From the NCBI GenBank assembly GCA_024137785.1, contig JAHRHZ010000035.1, positions 20,696,677 to 20,760,676 of the forward strand: DNA of 64,000 nt, written 5' to 3'. Under the pieces are notes generated by a model. It searched no databases, was not told the DNA's origin, and saw only the letters and a list, made by a program, of their open reading frames with translations. How positions within the stretch are numbered: position 1 is the stretch's first letter; each line of letters begins with the position of its first letter. The DNA comes from Ginglymostoma cirratum. Its lineage: Eukaryota. This document shows, piece after piece, positions 13,161 through 24,600 of the stretch. A program made the translations under genes and the position numbers.

Positions 13161-15682
13161 ACGTTACAGACAAGAGATACAAAAATAAATGCCATACATG
13201 AGGAGCATGTTAATTTAGTAATGGTGCACGAAATAAACTAAGTGCCTGCTGCTTAACTCGGAAAAGGAGAGAGGAGAGAAAGAATGAGCAAGAAAGGTTT
13301 TTTTGCATTTTTTAAAAAGCTGAGAGTGAGATTAAGAAAATTGGATATACAATTGGGTGTACATTTAAATGATAAATTTCTTTCCTACATCTTTTCCCCT
13401 TTTGTTTCTTCAGAAGTACTGAAATAGAAATTCAAGATGACTTAAATCACAATGTAAATAAGATATACAAATTTAACACAGCAACTCAAATACTTTCCAT
13501 CGTAGCATAACTGCAATGTGAAAACATGAGTTGTAAGTTACAAAACGACTACTGATTTTGGATTCTAAATTGAGATTTAAAATAAACTGGACTTTGTTAT
13601 AAATACACATGCACCGCAATTATATAACATTAGTGCAAAATAAAAAAAAGTGGCTTACTGCTAAGATTTCCTACTCTTCTAAATGACACAGTAAGACTAA
13701 TGGCGTAGCCAGAACATAAATGTGTCAGCAACAATTTTAATTGGCTTTTCGTGAAAGACTTTACTGTACTTAAAAGGCTACTGCTCTCTGATGTTTCCAT
13801 GTACTGTGGACTTTATTGTCCACGCTGCATAAGAAACAGATTTCTACCCACAGTCTTAGCTCAATACAAAAACATGGCAATTATTAAAATTGGTAAATGA
13901 TTATACCTAAATTTTAAAGAGGGAAAATATGACTTTATACATTTTTAGAAATAATATTTGTGTAACTCACCATTCACCTTGAAAGATTTTCTTACAATTG
14001 ACAGAATTCATGATTAAAATTTCACACCAATCATCTAAAGATAATACACTAGTGAATTAACAAGTCTTCAATGGCCTTTTTGTTCTGCTGTCCATTTGTG
14101 AAAAAAAATCTTCAAATGAAGATTTTAAAAAATAAAAATTAATGTGGCATTCAGTCCTCCTAGATGGGTCAGACAATATATGACAGAATTCATGGAATGT
14201 GTGATCTTATGTAACTTTAATAAACTGTGCAATAAATTGTAAATGTCACCTGAGGGATTCATAGGTTTGTCAATGCTATTTAAAACTTCTAACATGACAC
14301 TAACCAGATGTATAATAGACCATAGGTCTGAAAGGGTTAAAGAAAATCTATGAAGTGATGGCAGCAATAGTTACAGATACTCTTCCGCTGTAAGTTCCTA
14401 ATCATACTGGTTTAAGGCATACAAAGGAAGCCCTTGAAGCAAACACAGCTTTTGAGTCCCTCTTGTCAAAGTTTACAGAAAGCTTAATTGGAAAGTTATA
14501 AATTGAGTCTGAAAGCAGTGCCAGACAGAGAACAGTTCTGCTGTCGACCACAGTGGGATTCTTTGTGGATACCCAAAACTTCTAATTCAAATATAATGCG
14601 ACTGGGAAGTATTTTAGATGAATTCAGACAAAGTAAGATTTTCTACTTTTTGTGTACTGTCAAATCATATTAAAATATAGGAATTACTTGTCGAAACAAA
14701 ATCAAACGAATACTACTAACACCAAAAAATTACCAAGCTACAAGATGGTCGTAGTACTATTTGAAACAAGTGCGTGCATTTCTCTTTAGTAAATTTGTGA
14801 TCGAAATGTATAGTTATTTAAGTTATTTAGCCCTAAATGCATGTAAGTCATGAGCACTTATTCAGAACTCAGAGGCAGGAGATGTTCACCGTCAGTCTGG
14901 GTGCTTTTGATCACCATTACATCATCCTTGTGCAGTTGTTTTCAACCCTTTATTTGATGTGTAGCCTATTCAAAGTCACCACTTCTGTGTATCCTTGCAG
15001 GTAACATCTTTCGTAACTATCCTCCAACTACAGCACATTTTGAACATTAGAATTACACATTAAAGTAAACAAATGTTGTACTAACATCACTTTTTTAGCC
15101 TCCCATTGTGATGGATTAGCTTGTTTGTTGGAGCATAAGTACATGAGAATGGGAAAAAGTTAACAGTCTCTCCCACATTGACACCTGCAATCTCTCTTTT
15201 TTTTTTCTCCCCCACTAACCCCAGTCTCTCTTTCTCCCTCCCTGGCAGTCTCTCACTACTGCTGCTCCTGTGGTGAGGCTAATACGCTTTTATTCACTTT
15301 CCCACTGCTCTTCCAATCTCAGTCCATTTCTCCGACATGCAGCTAAATCGGCAGAACTGCATGGCACTGAGCCTATTAGGAGCAAGTGCGGGAAAGACAT
15401 TGCCTGTGATTGGAAGAGCAGCAGGAAAATAAGTAACAGCCTGAGCACCAGAGGATCATGCATACCATGTTCAGCTACAGTAACAAGCATGCAGTTCTTG
15501 ACAATTTGTTGCCAAGTGGCAGAAGCACATAGATTAGAAGGAATGTAGCCAGCAAGAGAAAAATGGAAAGCCATTAAATCAAACCTGAGTGGCAAAAACA
15601 AATTCAGTTTAAAAAAAGAACACTTGCCCTTTTATCAGAGATAAAAGGTACTGCAGATGCTGGAGAATCCGAGATAACAAGG

Positions 15683-16082
15683 NNNNNNNNNNNNNNNNNN
15701 NNNNNNNNNNNNNNNNNNNNNNNNNNNNNNNNNNNNNNNNNNNNNNNNNNNNNNNNNNNNNNNNNNNNNNNNNNNNNNNNNNNNNNNNNNNNNNNNNNNN
15801 NNNNNNNNNNNNNNNNNNNNNNNNNNNNNNNNNNNNNNNNNNNNNNNNNNNNNNNNNNNNNNNNNNNNNNNNNNNNNNNNNNNNNNNNNNNNNNNNNNNN
15901 NNNNNNNNNNNNNNNNNNNNNNNNNNNNNNNNNNNNNNNNNNNNNNNNNNNNNNNNNNNNNNNNNNNNNNNNNNNNNNNNNNNNNNNNNNNNNNNNNNNN
16001 NNNNNNNNNNNNNNNNNNNNNNNNNNNNNNNNNNNNNNNNNNNNNNNNNNNNNNNNNNNNNNNNNNNNNNNNNNNNNNNNNN
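15683..16082. other. Assembly gap (400 N)
   Basis: Run of N. Confidence 1.
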
Positions 16083-16083
16083 C

Positions 16084-16119
16084 ATTTCTGATGAAGGGTC
16101 TAGGCCCGAAACGTCAAGC
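16084..16119 (+). ncRNA. Minimal hammerhead ribozyme motif (PLE family A)
   Basis: CTGATGA-A-GGGT(ctag)GCCC-GAAA-CGTC: conserved core, stem II, ACGU palindromic stem III, GUC cleavage triplet. Confidence 0.7.
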
Positions 16120-16665
16120 TCTCCTACTCCTATGATGCTGCTTGGCCTGTTGTGTTCATCCAGCTCCACACCTTGTTATCTTAAATAACATTAGCCGTCT
16201 GTTTGTATACCATTACTATATCTTTATTTGTCTCCTCTGCATGTAAATTGATAAAAGCACATATACAAGTGAAACCCTAACCGAAAAATGCCACTCATGT
16301 GCATTACTTAAAATTATGGAAATTTTGGAGTGACAGTATGTAGTAACATAATGGTGGGCCTCGTGCTACAATTCTTTACAGAAGTATTGCTTGTTGGCAG
16401 CATCGCCATCTACAGCAGAAACAGGACACCCATCCAGAAAACGGGCAGAGCTGCAATTCTTTTCAAGCTACAAAATAAAAACCAAAAGAACTGTGGACAC
16501 TGTAAATCAGAAATGAAAACAGAAGTTGCTGGAAAAAGTCAGGTCTGGCAGCATCTGTGAAGAGAAACCAGAGTTAATGCTCTAGGTCCAGTGACTCTTC
16601 CTCAGAAGGGTCCTCAGAAACTTTAACACAGATTTCTCTTCACAGATGCTGCCAGACCTGCTGAG

Positions 16666-16977
16666 TTTAAGGTTTTAGCGAAGGTTTGTAGCTCGGGTTG
16701 TGGACGAGGTGGTTGACTTGCTCACCAACTGGTTGGTTCTCATTCATATGTTTCGTCACCACGCTAGGTAACATCATCAGTGAGGCCTCCGATGAAGTGA
16801 TGTTGTTCTACCCCACTTGGAATTTATACTGTCCTGGAAAGACACTACTCACGATAACAGAGAGTATATATTCCAAGTGGAGTAGAACAACATCACTTCA
16901 TCAGAGGCCTCACTGATGATGTTGCCTAGCATGGTGACAAAACAAACAAGCCAGCTCGGCGAGCAAATCAAGAACCT
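16666..16977. mobile_element. Penelope-derived fold-back element (family C) with 13-bp TSD
   Basis: Long inverted arms (gtcaccacgctaggtaacatcatcagtgaggcctc..gttgttctacc..ttggaat vs attccaagtggagtagaacaacatcacttcatcagaggcctcactgatgatgttgcctagcatggtgac); flanked by cagacctgctgag at 16653-16665 and 16978-16990. Confidence 0.82.
16744..16784 (-). ncRNA. Hammerhead ribozyme motif (PLE family C)
   Basis: Minus strand: tca-CTGATGA-T-GTTACC(tagcgt)GGTGAC-GAAAC-ATA-tga; 6-bp stem II, stem I tca/tga. Confidence 0.62.
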
Positions 16978-19084
16978 CAGACCTGCTGAGCTTTTCCAGC
17001 AACTTCTGTTTTTATTTTCAACCTACCGTTGTTTGCTCTTGGCACAAAGAGAAACATAAAAAGATGTCAAAATCAGTTTAACTGTCCATCTTTTGATCCA
17101 GGTCAACAGTGCAAAAGTCAAATTGGAGAGGAAAATAAATGTTTAACACAAGGAATCTTTAGTGCCAACTTTTCAAAGACTAGACTTTATTGGATAACTG
17201 GTTAAACAGCAATACAGTGGTTGATTCCCACAGCAGGGGCATTTCCGAATACCTACTGGCTCTCGTTTGCTCACAAATCAACAATCCAATCAATACGATG
17301 CAGTTTGGAGGAGTGTGCAGAATTTTGTACGAAAACCAATCTCACGCTTAAAATGTACTTATTTCACAAATCATTGTTGGAAAGATGCAAAAGAAAAATA
17401 TTTTTTGACAATCTCCATAGTCACTGGATAACTATTTTTTTAAATAGGAAAGATGGTAATGAAGTTGGAGGGAACATCTGATAAAATTACCTCAACAGTG
17501 GTCACCTCTAGTGACCAATATGCCACTGCACCCTGGTAAACATAGAAAAACCGTGTATTGCCAAAGCAACTTATGATCAATGGTTTCAGGTAAGTGTAAC
17601 TGAAAACATACGCAAGGAAGTGTCACATATGCAAGCTTTTTGAAGTAATCCTAAGAACAGAATGCAAGCAATACTACCATTGGCATCCCTCTGCCATTTC
17701 TCCATGAAATCTACAAGCACTAGTTGACTGTAAAATTCATTCTTTCTTTTCTTAAATTAAAAAAAAATGCCTGTAGATGACAGAGTATCATACTAACAGT
17801 TTATTCATAGATTTGTAAAATAAGCAAAACATTAAGACTTTCAGACAAATTCAACTGTAAAGATACTGATACGTGCGAAATAACCAGCAACACTGATTGC
17901 ATTTTATAAAACAATGCACATATAATCTATATACCAGTTTGCTGTTACAATAGCAATTCTGTGCCCTCCAAATAAAGGACAGCTAATTGTAAACTAGTGC
18001 CATTTGTTATTCCACCCCCACCCCCGAGCGGATCAGGAGCTGGGAAGCCAATGGATTAGTATAATGACAGGCTATGCCACCAAGTGGTTGAACACAAGTT
18101 CAGTCCCACATGACTCTTAACTGGCATCACTCCAATTCCTAACTTTTCCATCTGATACAGAGATTTCTCCAGAGAGACAACTGAATCAAGAGGCCTATTC
18201 AATGTGCTGAGCACTGTCTAAATCCTAATATAACACTTCCAGTAAAATACAAGCTGAACATCTTCAGGGACTCTCATTTACAGAATTGTACAACATTGTG
18301 GAAAATTACCTGCTTAAAATTTCCAAAAATATCACAATAAAATTTATACTTGATCAGCTAAGTGAAGTTTATGAATTGCTGAAGGACCAGTACGTTTTCC
18401 AACAGCATTTAAATTTAAAAACCTACTCCCACAAAACTTTTCCAATTGCAAAGAAGCGTCTATCAAGGAACTGATTCCAACAATTGTAATTGGCAACCCC
18501 AAATCAAAAACAAATAATCTAGCTCAATATTAATCTCAATAGTTTTTTTCCAGATTGACAGTTTTGAAGCACTTAACTTCCAGATTCACTTATGTCAAAT
18601 GCTGCTTTGCATGTGTCTTTTCTAGACATTGTTGCCAGATGGAAAATATTAAGCAAAAAGGACTGTAACTAAATCAATCTGCTACAGAATAGTGCCAAAA
18701 GGCCCCATGCTAACTACAAGCAGATTTGCAGGCAGGTCTCATTCTGTTACGACCTGGGTTCTGGCACATCCTTTGCCCTTTCTAACAGCAGGAGGCCAAG
18801 AGCTCGCTGAGAGCTGCTACTGTGCCAAACGGACTGTGGAGTGCTTACTGCTCGAGTGCTTCTACTGAGAGAGTGCGAATCCAAAAGTCCATTGTAAACA
18901 ACTACTGGTACTTCCTGGCTGCTACTGTGCCATACATTTGGTTACTAAATGTTTCAACTAAAATAATGCATTTTAAGCCTTTTAAAAAAATCCAAACTCA
19001 GTGGCATTTTCAAAGTGAAGCTTTTATTATATAAAAACACATTTGTTCTATACTTATTATACTTCACTCCTCAAAACTTATATT

Positions 19085-19290
19085 TGTTAGCTCAACTGAC
19101 TGGATGGCTGGCTTGCGATGCAAAGTGATGCCAGCAGCATGGATTCAATTTCCATGCCAACTGAGGTCACCACGAAGCTTTCTTGACCTCACCCCTTACC
19201 CAAGGTGTGGTGATTCTCAAGTTAAACTCACCCCCCATCAACTCTCTCCAATGACAGAGCAGCCCCATGATCCTCTGAGGCTATTCTACC
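19085..19290 (+). mobile_element. tRNA-derived SINE (second family), diverged
   Basis: ttagctcaactgactgg (A-box-like) and ggattcaatttcc (B-box-like); body homologous to 47490-47700 (tgagg..tggtga..ctcaagttaaac). Confidence 0.65.
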
Positions 19291-21589
19291 CTAAAAAGGA
19301 AGAAATATGAAAATCATAATATTGAGAATTACAGGGACCTACTTACAATAATTATATATTAATCCAGTGAGAAAAATATGAAACTCAAATTTGTACATTC
19401 GCCAGAAAACATTTGGAAGATGCTTGTCTACAACTAATTCAGGCCAAGACAACTCTTTTTCAAAATCATTGCATAAGTAATACTGCATAAGAAAAATTAA
19501 ATTATTTGTAAGACTGTTGCTTTCTACAATTATTGTCTCTACTGAAGTAACGCCACATTGCTACAACAAGTCTTGAAAGCTCCTCCAACCAGAAAATATT
19601 CTAAAAATGGATTTGTTGTCATGACACTGACTAAACAGATGTATGTAGATGAACGGGATTACCTTCTTGTTTATATTTGAGGACTATGATTTCTGTTCTC
19701 TAAGGTTCTGTCACTATCAGACATCAGGAGGATGTAGTAGTTCAGGCACTGCGTTTAACCATCACCACTATCAAATACACTCTGACTGACCAGCCAGCAC
19801 TATGTTGAAGAATGTCCCATTAAAATCTTTATTCAATCTGTCAGCCCTGCCAGGAACTCTCAAAACCTGTTTAATTGAAGTGGGCACATTTGAGTGGCAG
19901 GTCTGAGACTCCAACACTGGAACATTGCCCTAGAATTCACTGCAGCGGCCATATTGGGAGACACTTTCAGTTACAGAATTTTACAGCATTATAGAGGCCG
20001 TAAGTTAGACTGTTGTGATGCCCAATCCTCCAGTGGCGGATGTGCATCATCACAATTTGCTGGAAAAATAATTAAAGATACATCACAGGGAGCGCAGCAG
20101 GATATCTGGTGTGGCAAATGGCCAAAGTAAAAATACCTTATGATAACCTCAGGCTTGAAATGTCTAAACTAAATGTTTGAAGGTGGATTTGATGGGCAGA
20201 AACAAGCACAAATTCAAATTAGAGTGCTGATTTGCCTTAAGGACTGTTTTTATATCTGTCTGGTTAATTCATTAGATGGAACAGTGATCCCCACCCTATT
20301 TCTACTGAGGCTTTACAAACAGTACGGAAACCAGAGGCTTTTAGTGTTGAAGTGTTCAAGCAGTCTGCATTCCCAGTATGATTTCTGATTTATGACTTGG
20401 ATTTTAATAATGTACAAATGGGCACATTGTGATCACTAACGACCACATTCACAACAGCCAATTAGCAATCTGGATTACGTGTTAAATTACACTTAGATGG
20501 CAGTTTAAGACCAAAACTGGCAACTCACCCTCACCAGATATGCATGATTTATGTCATTTTGCACGTTACACCAACGGACCACAGACAGTTAGAAATGCAC
20601 CACTAAATAATAAGCATGATTCACAAGGGTAACTTTTAAAAAAACCTTTAAACATCAATTCCCATCAAACACACTAAGCCTACCAGTGCCATTGCACAAT
20701 GCTCTAAAGTGGCTGTGGTGATTAATGCAGCAAACCCACATTCAATATTTCAGCAAGAGGAACACGACAAGACCCAGCAAATTACGATGTGGCATGATAC
20801 AACGGTAAACTCAAAAAAAAAAAAAAAAAAAATCACTCACGTCTATTTTCCTGGAAGTTCTGCATCAGAATAAAGAAGTAGGCTGTAGTTTTATAAATAT
20901 CACTTCCTCATGTTTGGGAAATTGGTGCTCCACCTATTGTAACTGAGAATTTGTTCTGGTTGAATGTTGCAGTTGAAAAATAGATTTGATTTGCATGTAA
21001 TGCATTCATTCTGAACAACACATGGTGAATTTCTTTAAAAGAAGTATAGCTAATGACTGCAACCAAGATCATAATCCCATTCTTTGGGCATTTGAAACAT
21101 TTAGTATTTTGCTGAACTTCGGAAACCTAACGTTATAGTGAAAGATAAATTCAAACTGAATAAGTAATATGCTGAAATAACTTGCTCATAATTGTCCGTC
21201 AAACTTACCTTGCAAGTTTTTTTGTTAAAGCATGCGTTTTAAGCAGATTTGGCACCGCTGACTGAAAAGCACAAGTTTGAGGTAATACCCTTCAATGTTC
21301 CATTATTTATACATAGCAAAGCGGGTCTGTGGAGTACACTTGATCATATCCAGAAAGCACAGTCTTTAGGCAAAGCAGCTCTGTTACAGGTTACCATAAT
21401 ACAATTGTCTGTACTTATACTCGATCATCAGAAATAAAATTTTCTTACATTTCTCATTGGCACAAATATTTCTGAACTCCTAACTTAAACACTTCCATTA
21501 TGGCTGAATTCATTCCGCATTCCTGATGTTAATTCTGTGTTTTTGCAAACTGTCGGTATTTACCTTATTCAATTTTTTTTGCTTTTTTT

Positions 21590-21687
21590 TTCATTCACTA
21601 CTGGACATGGGATTTCGGGGTCAATGTTTAGGCCAGAATTTATTACCCAGCCCCTAGTTGCCCTTGAGGAGGTGGTGGTGAGCTGTA
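21590..21687 (-). mobile_element. 3' tail of the CR1/jockey-group LINE family found at 47776
   Basis: atttattacccagcccctagttgcccttgaggaggtggtggtgagctg matches 47830-47875. Confidence 0.65.
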
Positions 21688-24600
21688 ACACAATAGTGCA
21701 TATCCATTTGTGAATTATTCCACATCTTAACCCAGATACATTTTATCCAAATCTCAAAAGGTACGTTTCAATGAGGTGTGCTGCATCAGAATGCTAGTTT
21801 TGTGTTTCATAGCTTAAGTTAAAAATCTAACCAATAGTTCTGATTGCTTGAATGCACCATCTTCAAAAATTGCTTATTGCTTCCTATTCGTGTTTGAACT
21901 GATAATCAGTTATACAATGACTAACAGTATATTTCTTGACATTTAATTGAATAGGTGATAGCAACTGTTGCCTCAAGATTGGGCTCCATGAATCTAACAG
22001 AAACAGTAAAACTACAGATATCTTTTAGTGCTCACATTTTATGTGCAACTGTGCAAAGAGCATCATACAGTGTATGAGAGGAGGAAGTATTGCAAGTCTT
22101 GTGATAGAGGTTATGATGCATCACAATGCACGCATTAAAAGACTAGTAACATTCCTTTTTTAGTTATTTCGCTAAAAATACAAATAAGCCTCACACTAAC
22201 TTAAATAGCTGTACAATTAAAATCTGCAACTCATTTCTTTTGGCCAGGTAAGAACCATTGTACATACCTTTGTAATTTAGTTCTTCACAGCAAAATAGGA
22301 TGGATCAATTTGCTCAGTTTTTTAATTTCAATTTTCTACCTCACAAAGTGTATCCTAAAATAGCTTATGCTAAATCTTTCACTAAATGTTACTAATTTGG
22401 AGAAGCATATTTCAAAGGCTGAAAACAACTTTAATGTTAATGTATAATATTTAAATCTAAGCACTTAATTCGTTAACACTAAATTCTAACAAAAGTATTT
22501 AATGCACATCATTAAATACCTGAGGGCTGAGAAAAGAAAATCAACATCCTGTCACATACTCTGGATACATTCTTTAGCATTAGGTCCTGCCTTATGCATA
22601 TGTTCAGACTTTTGTGAAATACTTGATGAATTGTTATGCAAATCGTTCTTCAGTTTTCTCAAAACATTACAATCCAAATGTTTGCAAGACTGAAATTATT
22701 CCAATGACATGGTGTGTCAAAATATCTTGCTTACAAGACATATAAAAACAATGCAATTTTAAAAGCACTAAAGCTTGGGTGGTCTAATAAGTGTTGCCAA
22801 AAACCATGCTGAATTATGATCTTCCCACTAATTCTCTCCTTTAATGCAACATTTCCAGGAATCAAGTTAAATTTCAAAAAGATGACATTTATCTCAATGA
22901 AAATATTGTTATTAATGTAAATAATAAATTATTTCTAAATCATGAATATTTTTCATAATTAAACTTATAAAGTATGTGCTGCAGGGCAGAGAATTGTGAA
23001 ACCAAAGATAAGCAAATTCTTCAAAATTCTTCACTGGCTCAGTTCTAGGATTGAATGCTAACTTCAGTGTTACAGCTGTGCTGTTCTTGCACATCATTAG
23101 CGATGTTCAATATTCATGGTGTCCAATTTCTTCACTCCAGAGCTTCAAAGACATTTCACATGGCAGATACTGAGCATTGACATTTTGTTAATATCCAATT
23201 ATAATAAAATACATAATTATTCCACCATACAGATTAGCAACATGCATAAGTATAGCATTAATATCTAAGAATGTGCAAGCTAGCCAAATTAAACCCAAGT
23301 CAATAATGTGTGTAAAATTTACTCAGAATGCAGAAATAATCTATTTTCAGAATGAAAAAAGAATTCAGTCCTAAATATGAAAATTTCTGCAATTTAGTTT
23401 GATACAGCTGAAACTCTTTTCATAGCCATTTTTATTTATGATTTTTATGCCACAAGGTTCTAGTTTCATACGATGTTTCCACCTCAAAAGGTTAAAGGCT
23501 AAAGCTTTTTTAAACAAAAATTCAGCAAAACCTTTAAACATATCCGATTTTACCAAAGTCTTCCTTTTCTTAAGACTGCGGCCAGAAATCTCTAGCACCG
23601 CATCTGTTCAAATGCTGAGGGGCACAACAATGGCTTAGGAGTTAATGTTGTATTTTCTATATACAAACAGTGGCCTGGGTACAGGATCTTGTTTGTCCCC
23701 ACATTTCACTGATTTGCCAGTTGGCAATCCTAAGCCAGGAAACTGTCAATTTCAATTCAGCTTAGGGCTACATACACCCATTAAAGTAGTCTTGCTGGTT
23801 GAGGGGCAGCCTCTGTTTCCAAAGCATGGGAACGAGGGCTCTACATTCCTCAGATTTGAGCTGGCAACTTACACTGACTAGAATTTTCAAGAAGCAATGA
23901 ATGAGTTTAACAAAGGCGTTCTGTGGCCAGTTTCTGGCTGTCATCCATGTCAACAGTTTCTTAGGTCACAGGTCACACTAACTACATATATTCCCAGCAG
24001 ACCCTGTTCCAAACACAGACTGCAATAAGTACAAATTCAGAATTTTTCAGTAATCCCCTGAGATATCACTGATCTTCCACATGTTCCTGCTCAATTAAAA
24101 CAAATTCTCACTTTGCACCCTCTGCACTCAGAGAAAGAGGCCCACTGGAAAAGAAAACAGAAAAAAAAAATAGACAAAAACGAAAAGAGCATTCTAACTG
24201 CAGACTGACACTAAGTATAACATGCTCTGCTAACAAGATCAGCACTTCCACTGAATACTGTTGATCAGATACAAAATTACTGCTTCTCCATCTTTTAAAA
24301 TATGATTCTGCCCTACCAACATCCAAAAGAAATATGGTTACAAGGGAAGCCTTCCCTATTTCTGACAGCAGTTATTTATAAAGGTAAAAATAACTGTTTT
24401 AGAGGATTCAATGGCATATATTCAGCAGTAGCCACATTGCATGAATAAAAATAATGGAAAAGCTGGACATATTTGTAAAATTTTTCCTCAAATATCAAAG
24501 CCAACCTTTGGTATATTTTCCATTCAATTGTTTACATATAACATTTCACTTGGAGTACCTATGCCAACTATTACGTATTTGTTAATTGAAAACTATCACA

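Larger units (their letters stand above)
15637..16182. mobile_element. Penelope-like (family A) element with inverted ends, spanning an assembly gap
   Basis: Left end agagataaaaggtactgcagatgctggagaatccgagataacaagg; right end ..ctgatgaagggtctaggcccgaaacgtc..ccagctccacaccttgttatct. agataacaagg and ccttgttatct are inverted. Same sequence family as the 3' end of the PLE at 55584-56505. Confidence 0.8.
16478..17020. mobile_element. Penelope-derived fold-back element (family B) interrupted by a family C element
   Basis: Inverted arms acagaagttgctggaaaa..caggtctggcagcatctgtgaagagaaa / tttctcttcacagatgctgccagacctg..ttttccagcaacttctgt. Confidence 0.8.

Noticed and set aside
15609-16169. 186-aa ORF
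   Set aside because: Artefact of translating through the N gap.
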